The position numbers and the translations under genes were made by a program. Of a stretch of DNA of 64,000 bases, positions 38,646 through 52,015 are shown one piece after another. The notes below the pieces were generated by a model, which did not search any database, had not been told where the DNA came from, and saw nothing but the letters and a program-made list of their open reading frames with translations. This DNA is from Sphyrna mokarran (lineage: Eukaryota). The stretch lies in NCBI GenBank assembly GCA_024679065.1, contig JAGIQG010000009.1, positions 90,272,001 through 90,336,000 of the forward strand. Direction: 5' to 3'. Each line of letters begins with the position of its first letter. The stretch's first letter is position 1.

Positions 38646-39739
38646 TGCAGAGACCCAACCTAATATCTGGGGACATTATCCACAACAGCTGATGGAGTTC
38701 AATGTTTTAACAAATTTAATGGAAAACCAGTCCCTTTCATTGATCATCAAAACCAACCTTGTTTATTAATGCTTTTAGTGAAAGAAATTTTCCATTCTTA
38801 TTTCGTCTGACCTCACTGGACCACAGACAAACAATGTGGTTGACTCTTAATTGCTACCTGAAATTGTCCAGCAAGTCACTCACTTCAAAGGCAATTAGGG
38901 ATGGACAACAACATCTGACCTTATCACTGCCTCCCACATCCCATGATAGGTGAAAAATTCCTGGTGGGACAGATTAGTGAACATTTAATTTGCTGTGGGT
39001 AAAGTACTGCTGCTGTTTTTTTTTTAACCTTTCTCAACTTGCTAAATCTATAATCATTTTCTGTAGCCATTTTTCTACATCCATTTCAGATTAGTATCCA
39101 TGTTAAATCTGTTATCATAAATATAAATTAACTTAACTATTACATCTAACAACATTACAAGAGAGTCATTTGTACTGTAATTTGCAGATCCATAAAAACT
39201 ATAAAAGATAAAGTTGTCATAGTCTGAGATGACTATAGACTCCTCTGCTGTTTGAGAGGGAGAGCTGAGTGGTGATAATTTAGTCTGAGGATCATCACAC
39301 CTCAGGCGAGGGGCAAGGCTGTGAAGGGGATTCTCAGCTGGTACAGGAATTGAACCACTGCCATGGGTTTCACTCTGCATAATGAACCAGCCATCTGAGC
39401 CTATAAAAACCGCAAAAGCCTACAGTCCCTGGATTCGGCATCAAGGTGCAATCGACCCTGGGCTTTGATGCAAGTGGTCACTAGATTCAATGCCACATTG
39501 AACCTATTGCAAACATTGTCACGTTAGTCATAAATATGAAGATGAATGATCAGGTCTATTGTTGCAGCTGCAAATATCTATGATGAACTGGAGAAGTTAC
39601 TCCTTCACTGCAAACAACTTATGAGACAGATCTGATTTTCACAACTAAACAAGGAATTGAATGACCATCAGTCCCTCGCTCCAACACACACAGCAGATCA
39701 GTACAAACGCCTGGTACAGGATCAATAAATTACATATAG

Positions 39740-42622
39740 GAACAATATGAACTGGAGCAGCAGCAGGCCACTCAGCCCCTCGAGCCTGCTCCACCATTCA
39801 ATATGATCATGACACTGTAATCTCAACCCCACATTTCTATCAACCCCTGATAATCTCTCACCCTCTTGTTAATCAAGAAACTATCTAGCTCTGCTTTAGA
39901 AGTTTCTGCTTCCACTGTCTTTTGATGAAGAGTGTCAGACACTCAGGGCTCTCAGAGAAAGAAAATCCTCCTTTCTGTTTTAAATGAGTGCCCCCTTATT
40001 TTTAAACAGTAGTTCCTTGTTCTAAATCCTTTGACAAGAAGCACCATCCTCTCCAAATCCACTCTGTCAATACCTCTCAGGACTTAAGGACTTTGATCAA
40101 GTCATCTAAACTCTTCTAAACTCCAGCCTAGCCTTTTGAACCTTTCCTCCTAAGTTAACCCTTCCATTCCTGCTCATTGATTTGTAAATCTTCTCTGAAC
40201 TGTTTCCAACATATTTTATAACTTTCTTTAAATAAGGAGAGTCAGAGGGCATAGGTGAATGTAATGGCCATCACTAAGGAGAAAGTTCTGGGGAAACTGA
40301 AAGGTCAGAAAGTGGATAAATCAACTGGACCGGACAACATCCCAGTGTTCTAAAAGAGATAGCTAGGAAATTGTGAAGGCATTGGTGGTGATCTTTCAGG
40401 GATCACTGAAGGCAGGGAGGGTCCCAGAGGACTGGAAAGTAGCTAATGTAACACCACTGTTTAAGAAGGGAGGGAGGCAGCAAATGGGAAGTTATAGGCC
40501 GGTTAGCCTGACTTCAGTCATTGGTAAGATTTTAGAGTCCGTTATTGAAGATGAGATTGCTGAGTACTCGAAATGATAAAATAGGACTGAGTCAGCACGG
40601 CTTCTTCAAGGGGAGGTCATGTCTGTCAAATCTGTTAGAGTTCTTTGAGGAGGTGACAAGGAAGTTAGATAAAGGAGAACCAGTGGATCTGATTTATTTA
40701 GAATTCCAGAAGGCCTTTGACAAGGTGCCGCATAGGAGACTTAATTAAGTTAAGAGCCCATGGTGTTCAGGGTAAGATCCTGGATGGATAGAGGATTGGC
40801 TGACTGGCAGAAGGCAAAAAGCGGGAATTAAGGGGTCCCTTTCAGAATGGCAGCCGGTGACTAGTGGTGTGCCTCAGTGATGGTGCTGGGACCACAACTT
40901 TTCACAATATATGTTAATGATTTGGAAGGAGGAACTTAGCTTGTCACTAACTTTGCAGATGATACAAAGATACATAGAGGGGCAGGTTGTATTGAGGAGG
41001 TAGGGGGGCTGCAGAGGGACTTGGACAGGAGTGTGGGCAAAGAAGTGGCAGGAGGAATACAATGTGGAGACCTGTGAGGTTTGGAAGGAGGAATGGAGTC
41101 ATAGACTATTTTCTAATTGGGAAAATGCTTAGGAAATTGGAAACACAAAGGGACTTAAGAGTCCTTGTTCAAGATTCTCTTAAGATTAATGTGCAGATTT
41201 AGTCAGCAGTTAGGAAGGTAAATGCAATGTCAGCATTCATGTTGAGAGAGCTAGATAGTAGAGCACAGATGTACTTCTGAGAATGTGTAAGACTCTGGTC
41301 AGACCCCATGTGGAGTATTGTGGGCAGTTTTGGGCTCTGTATCTAAAGGAGGATGTGCTGGTCTTGGAAAGTGTCCACAAGAGGTTCACAAGAATGATCT
41401 CTGGAACGGTTGAGGACACTGGTTCTGGTCTCACTGGAGTTTAGAATGATGATAATGGAAAATTAAATGAATTAAAAGAAGATAATTGATGAGGATGCAG
41501 TTTATATGATTTAGTAAGACATTTTACAGATCCCACATGACAGACTGTACAAAACTAAAATCCCATGGAGTTAAGGCGTGCTGGCTAGATGGATACAGAA
41601 ACTTGATTACAGAAGACAGAGTTATGGTGAAAGGATGTTTTTTCATGATGGAGATCCAATGGCGTTCCGCAGGGATCACTGATGGTATCTCTGTTGTTTG
41701 TAAAATATATAAGTGATCTGGAGGGAAATGTGGGTGATATGAATAGTAAATTTGCAGATGACACGAAGATTCGTGGAATTGCTGATTGTGCCAGGGATTG
41801 TCAGAAGATACAACAGAGTATAGATAAATTGGAGGATTGGGCACAGAAATGGCATATGGAGTTTAATCTGGAAAATGCAAGGTAATGCATTTGAGGATCA
41901 AATTTAGGTATGAACTAAACCATAAATTAGAATCCTTAGGAACATAAACATACAGAGAGCATACTGGGCATGCAGGTCCATAGTTGCTTAAAAGTGGTAA
42001 CATAGATGGCCAAAGTGATTAAGAAGGCATAGGTCATGCTTACCTTCATTGACTGGGCCATTGAGTACAAGAGTTGGGAAAACATGTTGCAACTACATAA
42101 AACCTTGGTTAGACTGCATTTGGAGCATTGTGTGCAGTTCTAGTCACCAAATACCAAAAGGAAGTGGAAACTTTGGAGGGACTGTAAAGGAGATTTACCA
42201 GGCCTCAAGGATGTTGACTATGAGGAGAGCTTGCATAAACTAGAATTGCTTTACAGGAAAAGCTAAGGCTGAGGGGAGATCTAATAGAAGCTTATAAATT
42301 TATGAGTGGCAAACACAGATGGATAAATCAAAGACTTTTTCTCAGGAGGCGCATAGGCTCAACATGAAAGGGAGAAAGTTTAAGGGAGATGCGTGGGGAA
42401 AGAGTGGCAGGTGCCTGGAAAGCACTGCTAGAGGAGATAACAGAAGCAGACACGTTAGCAACATTTAAGAGGCATCTGGATGGGTACAGGAATAGGGAGA
42501 GAATAGAGGAATATGGTCTGACCAAGAGCGTAAGGTTTTTTTTCAATTTAGTTGGGACATCATGATTGGTATGTGTTTGGAGGCCAAAGGGCATGTTCCT
42601 GTGCTGTACTTTTCTTTGTTCT
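39740..42622. mobile_element. Mosaic of older CR1 fragments (one minus, two plus)
   Basis: VPEDWKVANVTPLFKKG, QHGF..GRSCL and KFADDTK peptides, plus CR1 tails. Confidence 0.7.
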
Positions 42623-42873
42623 AGTTAGCAATGTCCAAATTTATTGAATAAGAGAATATTGGCTAGGATTTTTTGTTCCTGTTTTAATTGGATGGATTTG
42701 ATGACAGGATTAAAAATATTGCGAGGAGGTCAAAGTCACATTTCACTACAGCGTGACGTTTGCCACAATCGTTCCCTCCCCCTCAGTTCTGAACCACCAG
42801 GAACATCAGGAACCTTGTTCAAATATATCTGCATCTCATTATCAGGCCTGTGTGCTGGAATCATACTCGTCTC

Positions 42874-43447
42874 TGTGATATATACGAAGGAAGCAGTGGC
42901 ATGATGGGAAAAATGGTGAAGTAATTGGTATAAAATAAAGGAGAGCTGACCAAGCTATTCCAAATTGCCAGACCCCTGTAAGACTGACTCTGAATAATCT
43001 AAAACATGACGAACATCAGAGAAAGTCAAGTCAATGCTAACTCCACATAACTTAGGGCTGGATGAGTGAGGCGAGATAAGGTTAGAAATGACAAAGTCAT
43101 CAGCCTTCTTCTGTTCTACCAAAAGGACAAGATAGTGATATTATTGATGAAACAGAGGGGTCTCAAAGGTCACCAGATCCTAATACAATTGATGATGTAT
43201 TACTGCTTGTATTACTAATTGAACATGTACACTGATAAGAAAAAGGTATAACTATGGAACTGATTCTTGTAGCTGGTGTGGTCTTGTTATAGAATCAGCA
43301 GTTTGTAGGGACTGCTCTCTGTCTCTAAGATTCTGCCGCATACTGCATGCAATTTTGTGATAATAAAAGCGAGTTGTTTTTGCAAAGCAAACTTTGTTTA
43401 AGTTTTACTATTACAGCTCGGAAAACAAGAAATTCTCCACTACAATA
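42874..43447 (+). repeat. ERV 5' LTR (~574 bp)
   Basis: Starts TGTGATA, ends CTACAATA followed by TT and the PBS. TATAA at ~43247, AATAAA at 43362. About 90% identical by eye to 50904-51476. Confidence 0.9.
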
Positions 43448-43449
43448 TT

Positions 43450-43466
43450 TGGCGCTGTGAGGGCAG
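43450..43466 (+). promoter_or_regulatory. Primer-binding site, tRNA-Ser(CGA)-like
   Basis: TGGCGCTGTGAG(GG)CAG lies 2 nt after the LTR. The first 12 nt are complementary to the 3' end of vertebrate tRNA-Ser(CGA) (...CUCACAGCG-CCA) as recalled. Confidence 0.75.
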
Positions 43467-44068
43467 AAACCAATATCCTGGGTGAACTCTGTGGGGAACT
43501 GAAGAAATGATCGAGTCATGACCCGGAGGGAAGAGACGGACACCGGCACAAGGTAAGATCTGCCTTGGTCTCTCTCTTTCTCGCAGATTGATGCTGCAAC
43601 CCCTCATCCCTTATGGAGAATGCTGACAGATGACGGTGTTCGAACCTAAATTACACTCTGCGTAGTGGTTTGGGACCCCTTGATCTTGTGCGGATCCGAA
43701 TCAAGGTTACATAGGTTTAGTTTGGGTCAGAGGCCCCTTGATCACATGTGGATCCGGATTAGGATTATACAGGCTTAGCTAGGATTCATTAGTCAGGGAC
43801 TCTGTGATTTGATTCTGATACTACTTTGGGTCAAGGACCTTGTGATTTGATTTCAGTATCAGGAATATTTCATTGCTGTTTTTCCAGGGGCATGGTATAC
43901 TGATGTTATGGGACAGACTTTAGACAAGACACAGATGTTATATGTGGGACGTGACCATATAACTGTTTGGGAGAGAAGGAGGCACCTGAATCAAACTTAT
44001 TTGAGGCCAGTAAGCTCCCATCAGTGAACGGTTAAAAAAGAAACAAGCAGACTGACTCTGTATGGTAC

Positions 44069-44106
<38 letters not shown>

Positions 44107-45064
44107 GGCATAACTGTGCGATCGAGAGCCTTACGTGGTATAATAGGGTATAGCCAAAGTGAATTGTTTCAAGTTTAATAAATTACATAGGCTCAGACAG
44201 AGATTTGAGTTCTGCCATGTTGGAAAGGTGGCATTACATAGCATCTGGAATGTTGTAAGGAGAGTTAACCATTTAGGCACACAGTAGATTTGATTTTGTA
44301 CTTGTCTGTAATGGTTACAAAGGCAGAGGTGTAGAAATAATTAAATCACATAGATTGCTGCACATTAGAATGCTTTCAGTATTTTTTTGCGCATCCATGT
44401 TCCAAGATCCAGTTGTGTGCTCTTGTAAAATGTTTTGTTTTACTGCGCCAGAATTGCAAGAACGTGCAAGGGTCTTCATTTAGTAGGAATATTTAAAGGT
44501 GATAAAAATAAATCCTATTTTGGATTTCTGGATCAGGCTTTTGTTAAATTTAAAAATGTGTTCTAGATAAAACTGACAATGAAAAAATTTGAAGAGTTTC
44601 TTCGTAGGGGTATTCATACTCCAAGTGTTTGAAGAATCCATCTGAGCAAACTTACTGCCCCTGCCCTTCTGCTGCCACAGGCAGAAAATTAACCCATTAT
44701 ATCCCTGAGAGGATAGATCTTAGTGTTATAAAATTTGCAGTAATTTTAGGACATAAAGCCAAAAAAGAACCAACAGAAAAGGGAGTTACATAAGGTAGAA
44801 TAGCAGCGCATGTTTAAACGTGTGCAATTAGTGAATCAAGCACAAACCTGGAGTAGAGCTGATCATAAAGCGCACCCTGTTGTAATCTTAGTTTCTGTGG
44901 TCTGGTCATTTGTCTTTTGTGAAGTATTTATTGCTTTACATTTCAGTTTAACTTGAAAGGAGCTGAGAAATTGTTAAAAGTATAAGATTTTTTGAATTTA
45001 CTTCTGTTTTGAGTTTAATTACAGTTTGGAAGAAAGACGAACAAAGACAACTTAATCCAGTTTG

Positions 45065-45202
45065 NNNNNNNNNNNNNNNNNNNNNNNNNNNNNNNNNNNN
45101 NNNNNNNNNNNNNNNNNNNNNNNNNNNNNNNNNNNNNNNNNNNNNNNNNNNNNNNNNNNNNNNNNNNNNNNNNNNNNNNNNNNNNNNNNNNNNNNNNNNN
45201 NN
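45065..45202. other. Assembly gap (138 N)
   Basis: Run of N inside the ERV internal region; its true length is unknown. Confidence 0.99.
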
Positions 45203-45759
45203 TAGTTGCATGGATATTTCATTTGCTTTAATGTTCTTTCCCTAATTGTGATTTTACAACAGTGGATTTGATACAGAGTTTAAATAAAAATTGGGAAGTA
45301 AATTGAAGTTTAAGAAAAGATATAGACCTTGGAGGGAACCATGCGCTCTTTCCTTTGTCTTGAAGTAGAAATTATGCAGGAGTTAATTGAGAAGTTAAGA
45401 GAATAAGTAACTTTGTGGAAAGAGTCAACTAGGCACCATGAACAATTGTTATTAATGAGTTGGAGAGATTATGCATGTAGAAGAGGGATTGAGGTATGTG
45501 TAGATGGGAAGTCGAAGGATTGGGAAACTTTGAAATTGGAATGTGAGCTTTGGGAAAGGAAACATGATGAGATGAAAAGACAGGTAGAGGGCATGAAGCC
45601 ATTGGCTGATAGGCAGGTTGGTCTAGCCCATCAGAGTAAACAACAGGAGGATCCTCCCAAATGCCCTGGCATACCGATGTTTATTTATTCAGGCAATACG
45701 GAGGGAGAAGAGGAGTTGATCCCTAGACCCTCCCTTTCTTTCAGTTAAAAAGCTCCATG

Positions 45760-47096
45760 ATGCTGTTCAACTTCCTTGTCAATTGGCTGTTACTGAAAGT
45801 GTTGCACATACAAAGAGGGACACTCCTGTGCAATTAGAGAATGCCTGTGTTGAATCAGTTGCCAAGGCAGCAGCCAAAATGGCCTCTGTGATTGTTCCCA
45901 CTGGGGGTAATCAGAGTCTAAATTGGGTACCTGCATTAGAGACAGAGAGCATGCCAGAAAAAACTGAGGTTCAGCTTTTACAGAGGGACACCTCTGATTC
46001 TGAGCACACACTATGGAAGTCAATGGGATATTCGTACTCCTTGGCATGGGACCTCTGGCTTACTCCAGCTGGTCAAGTTTATATTCTGGATTTTTTATTA
46101 CCGGTACATACTGACTATTTTCATTCTTGTACCCATCTTGGCAAGGAGGGAATGGGACAGCTACTTCTAAAGACCTTTTGGCATCCAGAATTGAATACAG
46201 TAGCGCAAATGCAGCTGGATCAGTGCCTCATTTGCATGAAAAATAATAAGGGTAAAGGAATTAAATGCCCTCCTGGAGCTACTCCCTTGACAGATGGCCC
46301 TTTTGCCTGTACACAGCTTGATTTTATTGAATTAGTAAAAGTACATTGCTATGAATACTGTTTAGTAATAATCATTGTGTTTAGTAAATGGATTGAAGCC
46401 TTCCCCACCAGGGATTGTACTGCACGTATAGTGGTGAAATTGTTGTTGACAGAAGTTATTCCCTGTTTTGGGGTACCCGAAATGGTGAGCTCAGATAATG
46501 GACCATATTTTGTGGCTTGGATTAATACTGAATCATGCAAAGCACTCGCAATTAAAGAACAACTGCAATGTGCGTATCACCCGCAGGCAGCAGGAATTGT
46601 GGAAAGAGCTAATTGAACTTTAAAAGAGAAATGATCTAAATTGACTGAAGAAACTGGATTAAATTGGCTGAAGGTATTGCCCTTGACATTGTTTCACATG
46701 CGAGTGATTCCTCATTCGCGGACCGGACTGTCAGCTGCAGAGGTAGTCTATGGTCAGCCAACGAGGACTCCCTGGGATATCCATGTTCCAAGTGATGGGG
46801 GAACAGATGAAGAATTATTTGGAGGAATTAACTCTTTCTCTGAAGTTTCTCCACTCCTAGGTGAAACAAGCACATTTCCCAGAGACAGCGAGGACAGCCA
46901 CCTCTTGATACCCTGTGATTAAACCTGGAGACTATGTATTGATAAAGAACTGGGATAGGAAGAAATTAGGACAATGCTGGATTGGTCCTTTTCAACTACT
47001 ATCGACCATAACGACATCTGTCAAGCTTGAAGGACGTTCAAGTTGGGTTCATCTGTCCGATTGAAAGAAGATTATATCTAACCCAGATACAAATAG
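45760..47096 (+). pseudogene. pol: ERV pol remnant: RNase H C-terminus plus integrase (stops/frameshifts)
   Basis: ORF 45783..46616 has HHCC (HSCTH...CLIC) and the D,D,E triad (QLDF, SSDNG, GIVERAN). It continues in 46641..46922 (NWLKVLP..TGLSAAEVVYG) and a W-GPF segment near 46980. Confidence 0.9.
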
Positions 47097-47099
47097 AAG

Positions 47100-50000
47100 A
47101 TGAAGATCCTCATTATATTTTTCGGACTTTGTGGACTATTTGGACTTAATGGACGTACGATAGTAAAAAAACAAGTTACCCAAAGACTGCATGCTTATAC
47201 TTATTTATATATCTCATGTATGCTGAAAAATTGAATATAAGCAAGTTTGGGTTTGTATCCACATCCCCGTCCATTCAAAAGGAGGAATATCTCTCCAATC
47301 CCTCCCATGGTGGAGTGGATTTTACGTCAAAATCAAACAGGAATTGGGGGAGATATGATAAAATGGAAATCAGCCAACTACGAAATGACTAGGTTTTCAG
47401 CTTGGTACCAACCTGCTTATAATCATGCCTTGCTTCCACTTTCTTTTATTATCCCCTCAAATGACGTGTGAAATTCCCTATGTTATAGTAAATCAGGGAA
47501 ACGAAAGTTGATGGGGCAAAGTAGATGCAACCTTACAGCTGAGGGGGAAGGACGGGGAGGAATTTGTACAGTGTGTTTTAGAAGGGTCCTTGGAGCAGTA
47601 TGTGGATGGCCCGACTAGAGTGGGGGCTATACTGGATCTGGTTCTGGGGAATGAGCCAGGGCAGGTGGTTGACATTGTAGTAGGAGAGCATGTGTCAAAT
47701 AGTGACCACTCTGTCTGCTTTAGGATATTAATGGAAAAAGATTAAGCCTGCCTTAAGGGGAGGGTGTTAAACTGGGGGAGGGCTAGATACAGCCAAATTA
47801 GGCAGGATCTTAAGGATACCGACTGGGATAAGCTGTTCGAGGGTAGGTCGACGCTGCACATGTGTGAGTCTTTCAAGGAAAAACTAAAATCTTTGCAGGA
47901 AAGACAAGTGCCGGTAAGGAGGAAGGATGGGAAAGGTAGGATTAGAGAACCGTGGGTTACTAGGGATATTGAGGACTTGATCAGGAAGAAGCGGGAGGCG
48001 TATTTTAGATCTAGGCAACTGTGGACAGAGACAGTGCTGGAAGAATATAGAGAGTGTAGACGGGATCTTAAAAGGGGTGTCAGAAAGGCAAAAAGGGGCC
48101 ATGAAATGGCTTTGGCAGATAGGATTAAGGAAAATCCTAAGGCATTTTACTCCTACGTAAGGAGCAAAAGGATGGTTAGAGGGAAGATTGGACCTCTCAG
48201 GGACAGAGGAGGGGAACTATGCTTAGAGCCTGAGGGAATGGGGGAGATCCTGAATGAATACTTTGCGTCGGTATTCACGCGGGAGAGGGGCCTGATGTCT
48301 GGTGCCGGCTTTGAGGAATTTGAGGACCCGTTAAAGGAAATAATCATTACGAGGGAAGAGGTGTTGGGGCTTTTAGGCAGCATAAAGACTTATAAAGCTC
48401 CGGGGCCTGATGGCATTTACCCCAGGCTGCTAAGGGAGGTGAGAGATGACCTTGCTGGGCCTCTGACGCAAATCTTTGTCTCTTCTTTGGACACAGGTGA
48501 GGTCCCAGAGGACTGGAGGATAGCAAATGTAGTACCGTTGTTTAAAAAGGGTCAGAGGGATAACCCAGGGAATTATAGGCCGGTGAGCTTGACTTCAGTT
48601 ATAGGTAAGCTAATGGAGAGGATCCTCAGGGATAGGATGTATGAGCATCTGGAGCGCTGCAATCTGATCAGGGATACGCAGCATGGCTTCGTTAAGGGGA
48701 GGTCGTGCCTTACGACCCTAGTGGAATTTTTTGAAGAGGTGACAAAAACGGTTGATGAAGGACAAGCCGTTGATGTCGTCTACATGGATTTCAGTAAGGC
48801 GTTTGACAAGGTTCCTCATGGTAGGCTGATAGAAAAGTTGAAGGTGCATGGGATACAGGGCCAGGTATGTAGATGGGTTGAGAACTGGCTTGGGAGGAGG
48901 AGACAGCGGGTAGCAGTGGAAGGCTCTTTTTCCAACTGGAGGTCTGTCACTAGTGGTGTGCCACAGGGCTCAGTACTAGGACCTCTTCTATTTGTGGTTT
49001 ATATAAATGACTTGGAAGAGGGGTAGGTGGTGTGATCAGCAAATTTGCTGATGACGCTAAGATGCTTGGAGTGGCGGGAACTGAGGAGCAGTGCCAGGAA
49101 ATACAACAGGACATAGATAGGCTGGTAGAATGGGCAGATAGATGGCAAATGGAATTTAATCCGGATAAATGCAAGGTGATGCATTTTGGCTGGAAAAATG
49201 TAGCGGGGAGTTATAGGATAAAAGGTAAAACTATCCGGAGTATAGAGACGCAGAGAGACCTGGGGGTGCAGGTTCACAAGTCTCTGAAGGTGTCAGTACA
49301 GGTGGAAAAGGTGATAAAGAAAGCTTATGGTATGTTAGCCTTCATAGGAAGGGGTATAGAATACAAGAGTAGGAGTTTGATGTTGCAAGTGTATAGAACG
49401 TTGGTTAGGCCTCACTTGGAGTACTGCGTCCAGTTCTGGTCGCTGTACTACCGGAAGGATGTGGAGTCCCTGGAGAGAGTGCAGAGGAGATTTACCAGGA
49501 TGTTGCCTGGTATGGAAGGGCTGTCCTATGAGGAAAGATTGAACACACTGGGGTTGTTTTCCCTTGAAAGACGTCGGCTGAGAGGGGATCTAATAGAGGT
49601 ATATAAGATTATGAGGGGTATAGACAGAGTAAATGGTGGTAAGCTTTTTCCACCATTAGAAATGAATAGAACAAGGGGATAGAATAGAAATAGAATAGAA
49701 ATAGAATGAAGGTCACGGCCTTAGGGTGAGGGGGGCTATGTACAAGACGAATATTAGAGGGCAGTTTTTCACACAAAGGGTAGTGGGGGTGTGGAATGCA
49801 CTACCGAGTAAGGTGGTGGGAGCAGGCACGCTACGGTTGTTTAAGGGTCTCTTAGACAGCCACATGAGCGGTCTGCAGATAGAGGGATATAGCAGGACTG
49901 TCTAAATATCTTATTTGTTTCCACAGGTTATTCGGTCCATGCATTCGGCAGGTCGTGCGAGGGCCGCTCTTGGATGTTGCTTCAGGAGTGGCCTAGTACT

Positions 50001-50872
50001 TCACGTCGTTAGTGTATGCTTAAACTGGACCATCTGATGGGCAACATGACAGCTCAGAGACTATCGCTGTTGCTGTGCAGACACATGGATTTGGGCCTGT
50101 GCCTGTGGGAGTTTGCGCATTCTCCCCGTGGTTGCGTGGGTTTTCTCTGGGTGCTCCGGTTTCCTCCCACATCCCAAAAATGTGCTCTTAGGCTGATTGG
50201 GCAACAAATTTTCCCTATATTGGTCCCTATACGTCATTAAGACGTTAGGACGGCGGCGCGGGCTCATTGGGCCGAAGGGCCTGTTTCCCGTGCTGTGTTG
50301 CTCTTTGTTCTTTGTTCTTGTTCTTTGACCAGTAGCAAACCTATCTACCAAAGAGTACGGAATATAACCTCTAATAGCTCATGGGCACATAACATCCCCA
50401 ACACCCTGGATGACATTGGCTGATGATTTTACAGTCTATAATGGGAAATCTGGCAAACGTAACAGCAGCAGAAGCCAGGACAATTGGCCAGGCACTGGCC
50501 GAGGTCTAGGCTGACGTGGTGGCTGTCGGGACTGTCGCATTACAAAATCGACTGGCTTTGGATTATCTGTTAGCCTCGCAGGGAGGAACGTGTGCTATTG
50601 TAGGTCAGAAGTGCTGCACTTATATCCCAGATAACTCTGAAAATATCACCAACCTGGCTGGCTACATGAAGAGGCAGGCTAATCAGCTTCAGGAGGTTGG
50701 CCGGGAGTTTCATGATTATAACCCACCGGGTTGGTTAGGATGGTTAAGTCACAGATTATTCGACTGAATCTTTAAGGCTTTTATTTTGCTACTATTACTG
50801 TTACTTGGGATAGGATTTCTTGTTTGCTTGTGTAGATGTATTATTAATCAAGTCATGGATATACCTATTTAG
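47100..50872 (+). pseudogene. env: ERV env remnant (gamma-type), split by a CR1 insertion
   Basis: ATG at 47100 with signal-like MKILIIFFGLCGLFG and a degenerate (C)WVC motif at ~47245. After the CR1: heptad region, ISD LQNRLALDYLL, CX6CC (CAIVGQKCC) and hydrophobic anchor IFKAFILLLLLLLGIGFLVC, ending at TAG 50872. Several stops. Confidence 0.9.
47543..50325 (+). mobile_element. CR1 subfamily B' inserted in ERV env, carrying the extended 3' UTR cassette
   Basis: ORFs 47764..49026 and 49032..49682; an (AATAG)n insertion at ~49679-49708; cassette at 49905-50205; (TTCTTTG)n tail. Confidence 0.92.
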
Positions 50873-50903
50873 TTAGTTGTCATGATATGACAAAAGGAGG
50901 GAA

Positions 50904-51476
50904 TATGATAGTGTACAAATAAAGTAGTGGCATAATGGAAAAAAAATGATCAAGTAATTGCTATGAAGAAGAGCTGAACAAGCTATTCCAAATCGCCAGA
51001 CCCCTGTAAAACTGACTCTGAATAACCTAAGACATGATGAACATCAGAGAAGGTCAAGTCAACACTGGCTCCACATAACTTAGGGCTGGATGAGTGAGGC
51101 AAGATAAGGTTATTAAATGACAAAGTCATCGGCCTTCTTCTGTTCTACCAAAAGGACAAGAGAACGATATTATTGATGAAACAGAGGGTTCTGGGAGGTC
51201 ACCGGATGCTAATAGAATTGATGATGTATTACTGCTTATATTACTAATTGAACATGTACACTGATAAGAAAAAGGTATAACTATGGAACTGATTCTTGTA
51301 GCTGGCGCGGTCTTGGGATAGAATCAGCAGTTTGTAGCGATTGCTCTCTGTCTCCAGGACTCTGCCATATACTGCATGCAGTTTTGTGGTAATAAAAGCT
51401 AGTTGTTTTTGTAAAGCAAACTTTGTTTAAGCTTTACTGTCACAGCTCGGAAAACAAGAAATTCTCTACTACAACA
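50904..51476 (+). repeat. ERV 3' LTR (~573 bp)
   Basis: Preceded by PPT AAAAGGAGGG + AA (50892-50903), ends CTACAACA, and is collinear with the 5' LTR. Confidence 0.9.
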
Positions 51477-51619
51477 TTCGCCCCATCACAATATCCACCC
51501 ACAGAGGGATGCGAATCATGACTGGTTTGAAAAGGTGTGCACCTGGCAAGCAGACCTCCAGAGGAGTGGAGCACAGCAGACCTGGAGCTGCTCTGCATAT
51601 TTAGCGGGGAGAAGGGATA

Positions 51620-52015
51620 CCAGGACTTGCAGGGATGATTAGCCTTGACTCAGGTGTAATAGGGTTTGACCAGGCCCTGACTGGCTTTGATTCAGGGGTG
51701 ACTATCCTTGACGTAAGTGTACCTGGGATTGAATCAGGTGTCACTAGCCTTGACTGGGGGGGTCAGGTTTTGTCTTGGAGAAAATAGGGTTTGTTTCAGG
51801 GGTGACTATTCTTGATTCGGTAGTTCTAAATATGATTCAAGACTATTGGGCTTTGATTTGGGGGTGACAAGTCTTGACTCAGGGGTACCAAGTATGACTC
51901 AGAACTACTGGGTTTGACCTGGGGCTGAGTAGCTTCTAACTCAAGGAAGGCCAGGGTAGAACTCGAAGAGTATTGGGGAGTTTTACACAAGGTTACAATG
52001 GGAAGGCTCCAGGAT
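51620..52015 (+). repeat. Degenerate tandem repeat (~20/40-bp periodicity)
   Basis: Recurring GGGTTTGA-TCAGGGGTGACTA-CCTTGACT units. Confidence 0.65.

Larger units (their letters stand above)
42874..51476 (+). mobile_element. Defective class I (gamma/epsilon-like) endogenous retrovirus provirus in MHC IIA intron 2, antisense to the gene
   Basis: Paired direct LTRs, PBS, splice donor AG|GTAAGA at ~43553, RNaseH tail plus integrase, env with immunosuppressive domain (ISD) and CX6CC, and PPT. PR/RT not seen. Contains an N gap and a CR1 insertion. Confidence 0.93.

Noticed and set aside
45413-45748. gag assignment for the 111-aa ORF
   Set aside because: Position is compatible with a matrix/coiled-coil remnant, but no major homology region or CCHC motif is visible, so it is not called.
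49950-50020. HCV IRES domain II-like words (CTTCACG, CGTTAGT, GTCGTGC)
   Set aside because: Short words in the wrong order, with no domain III or pseudoknot and no downstream ORF.
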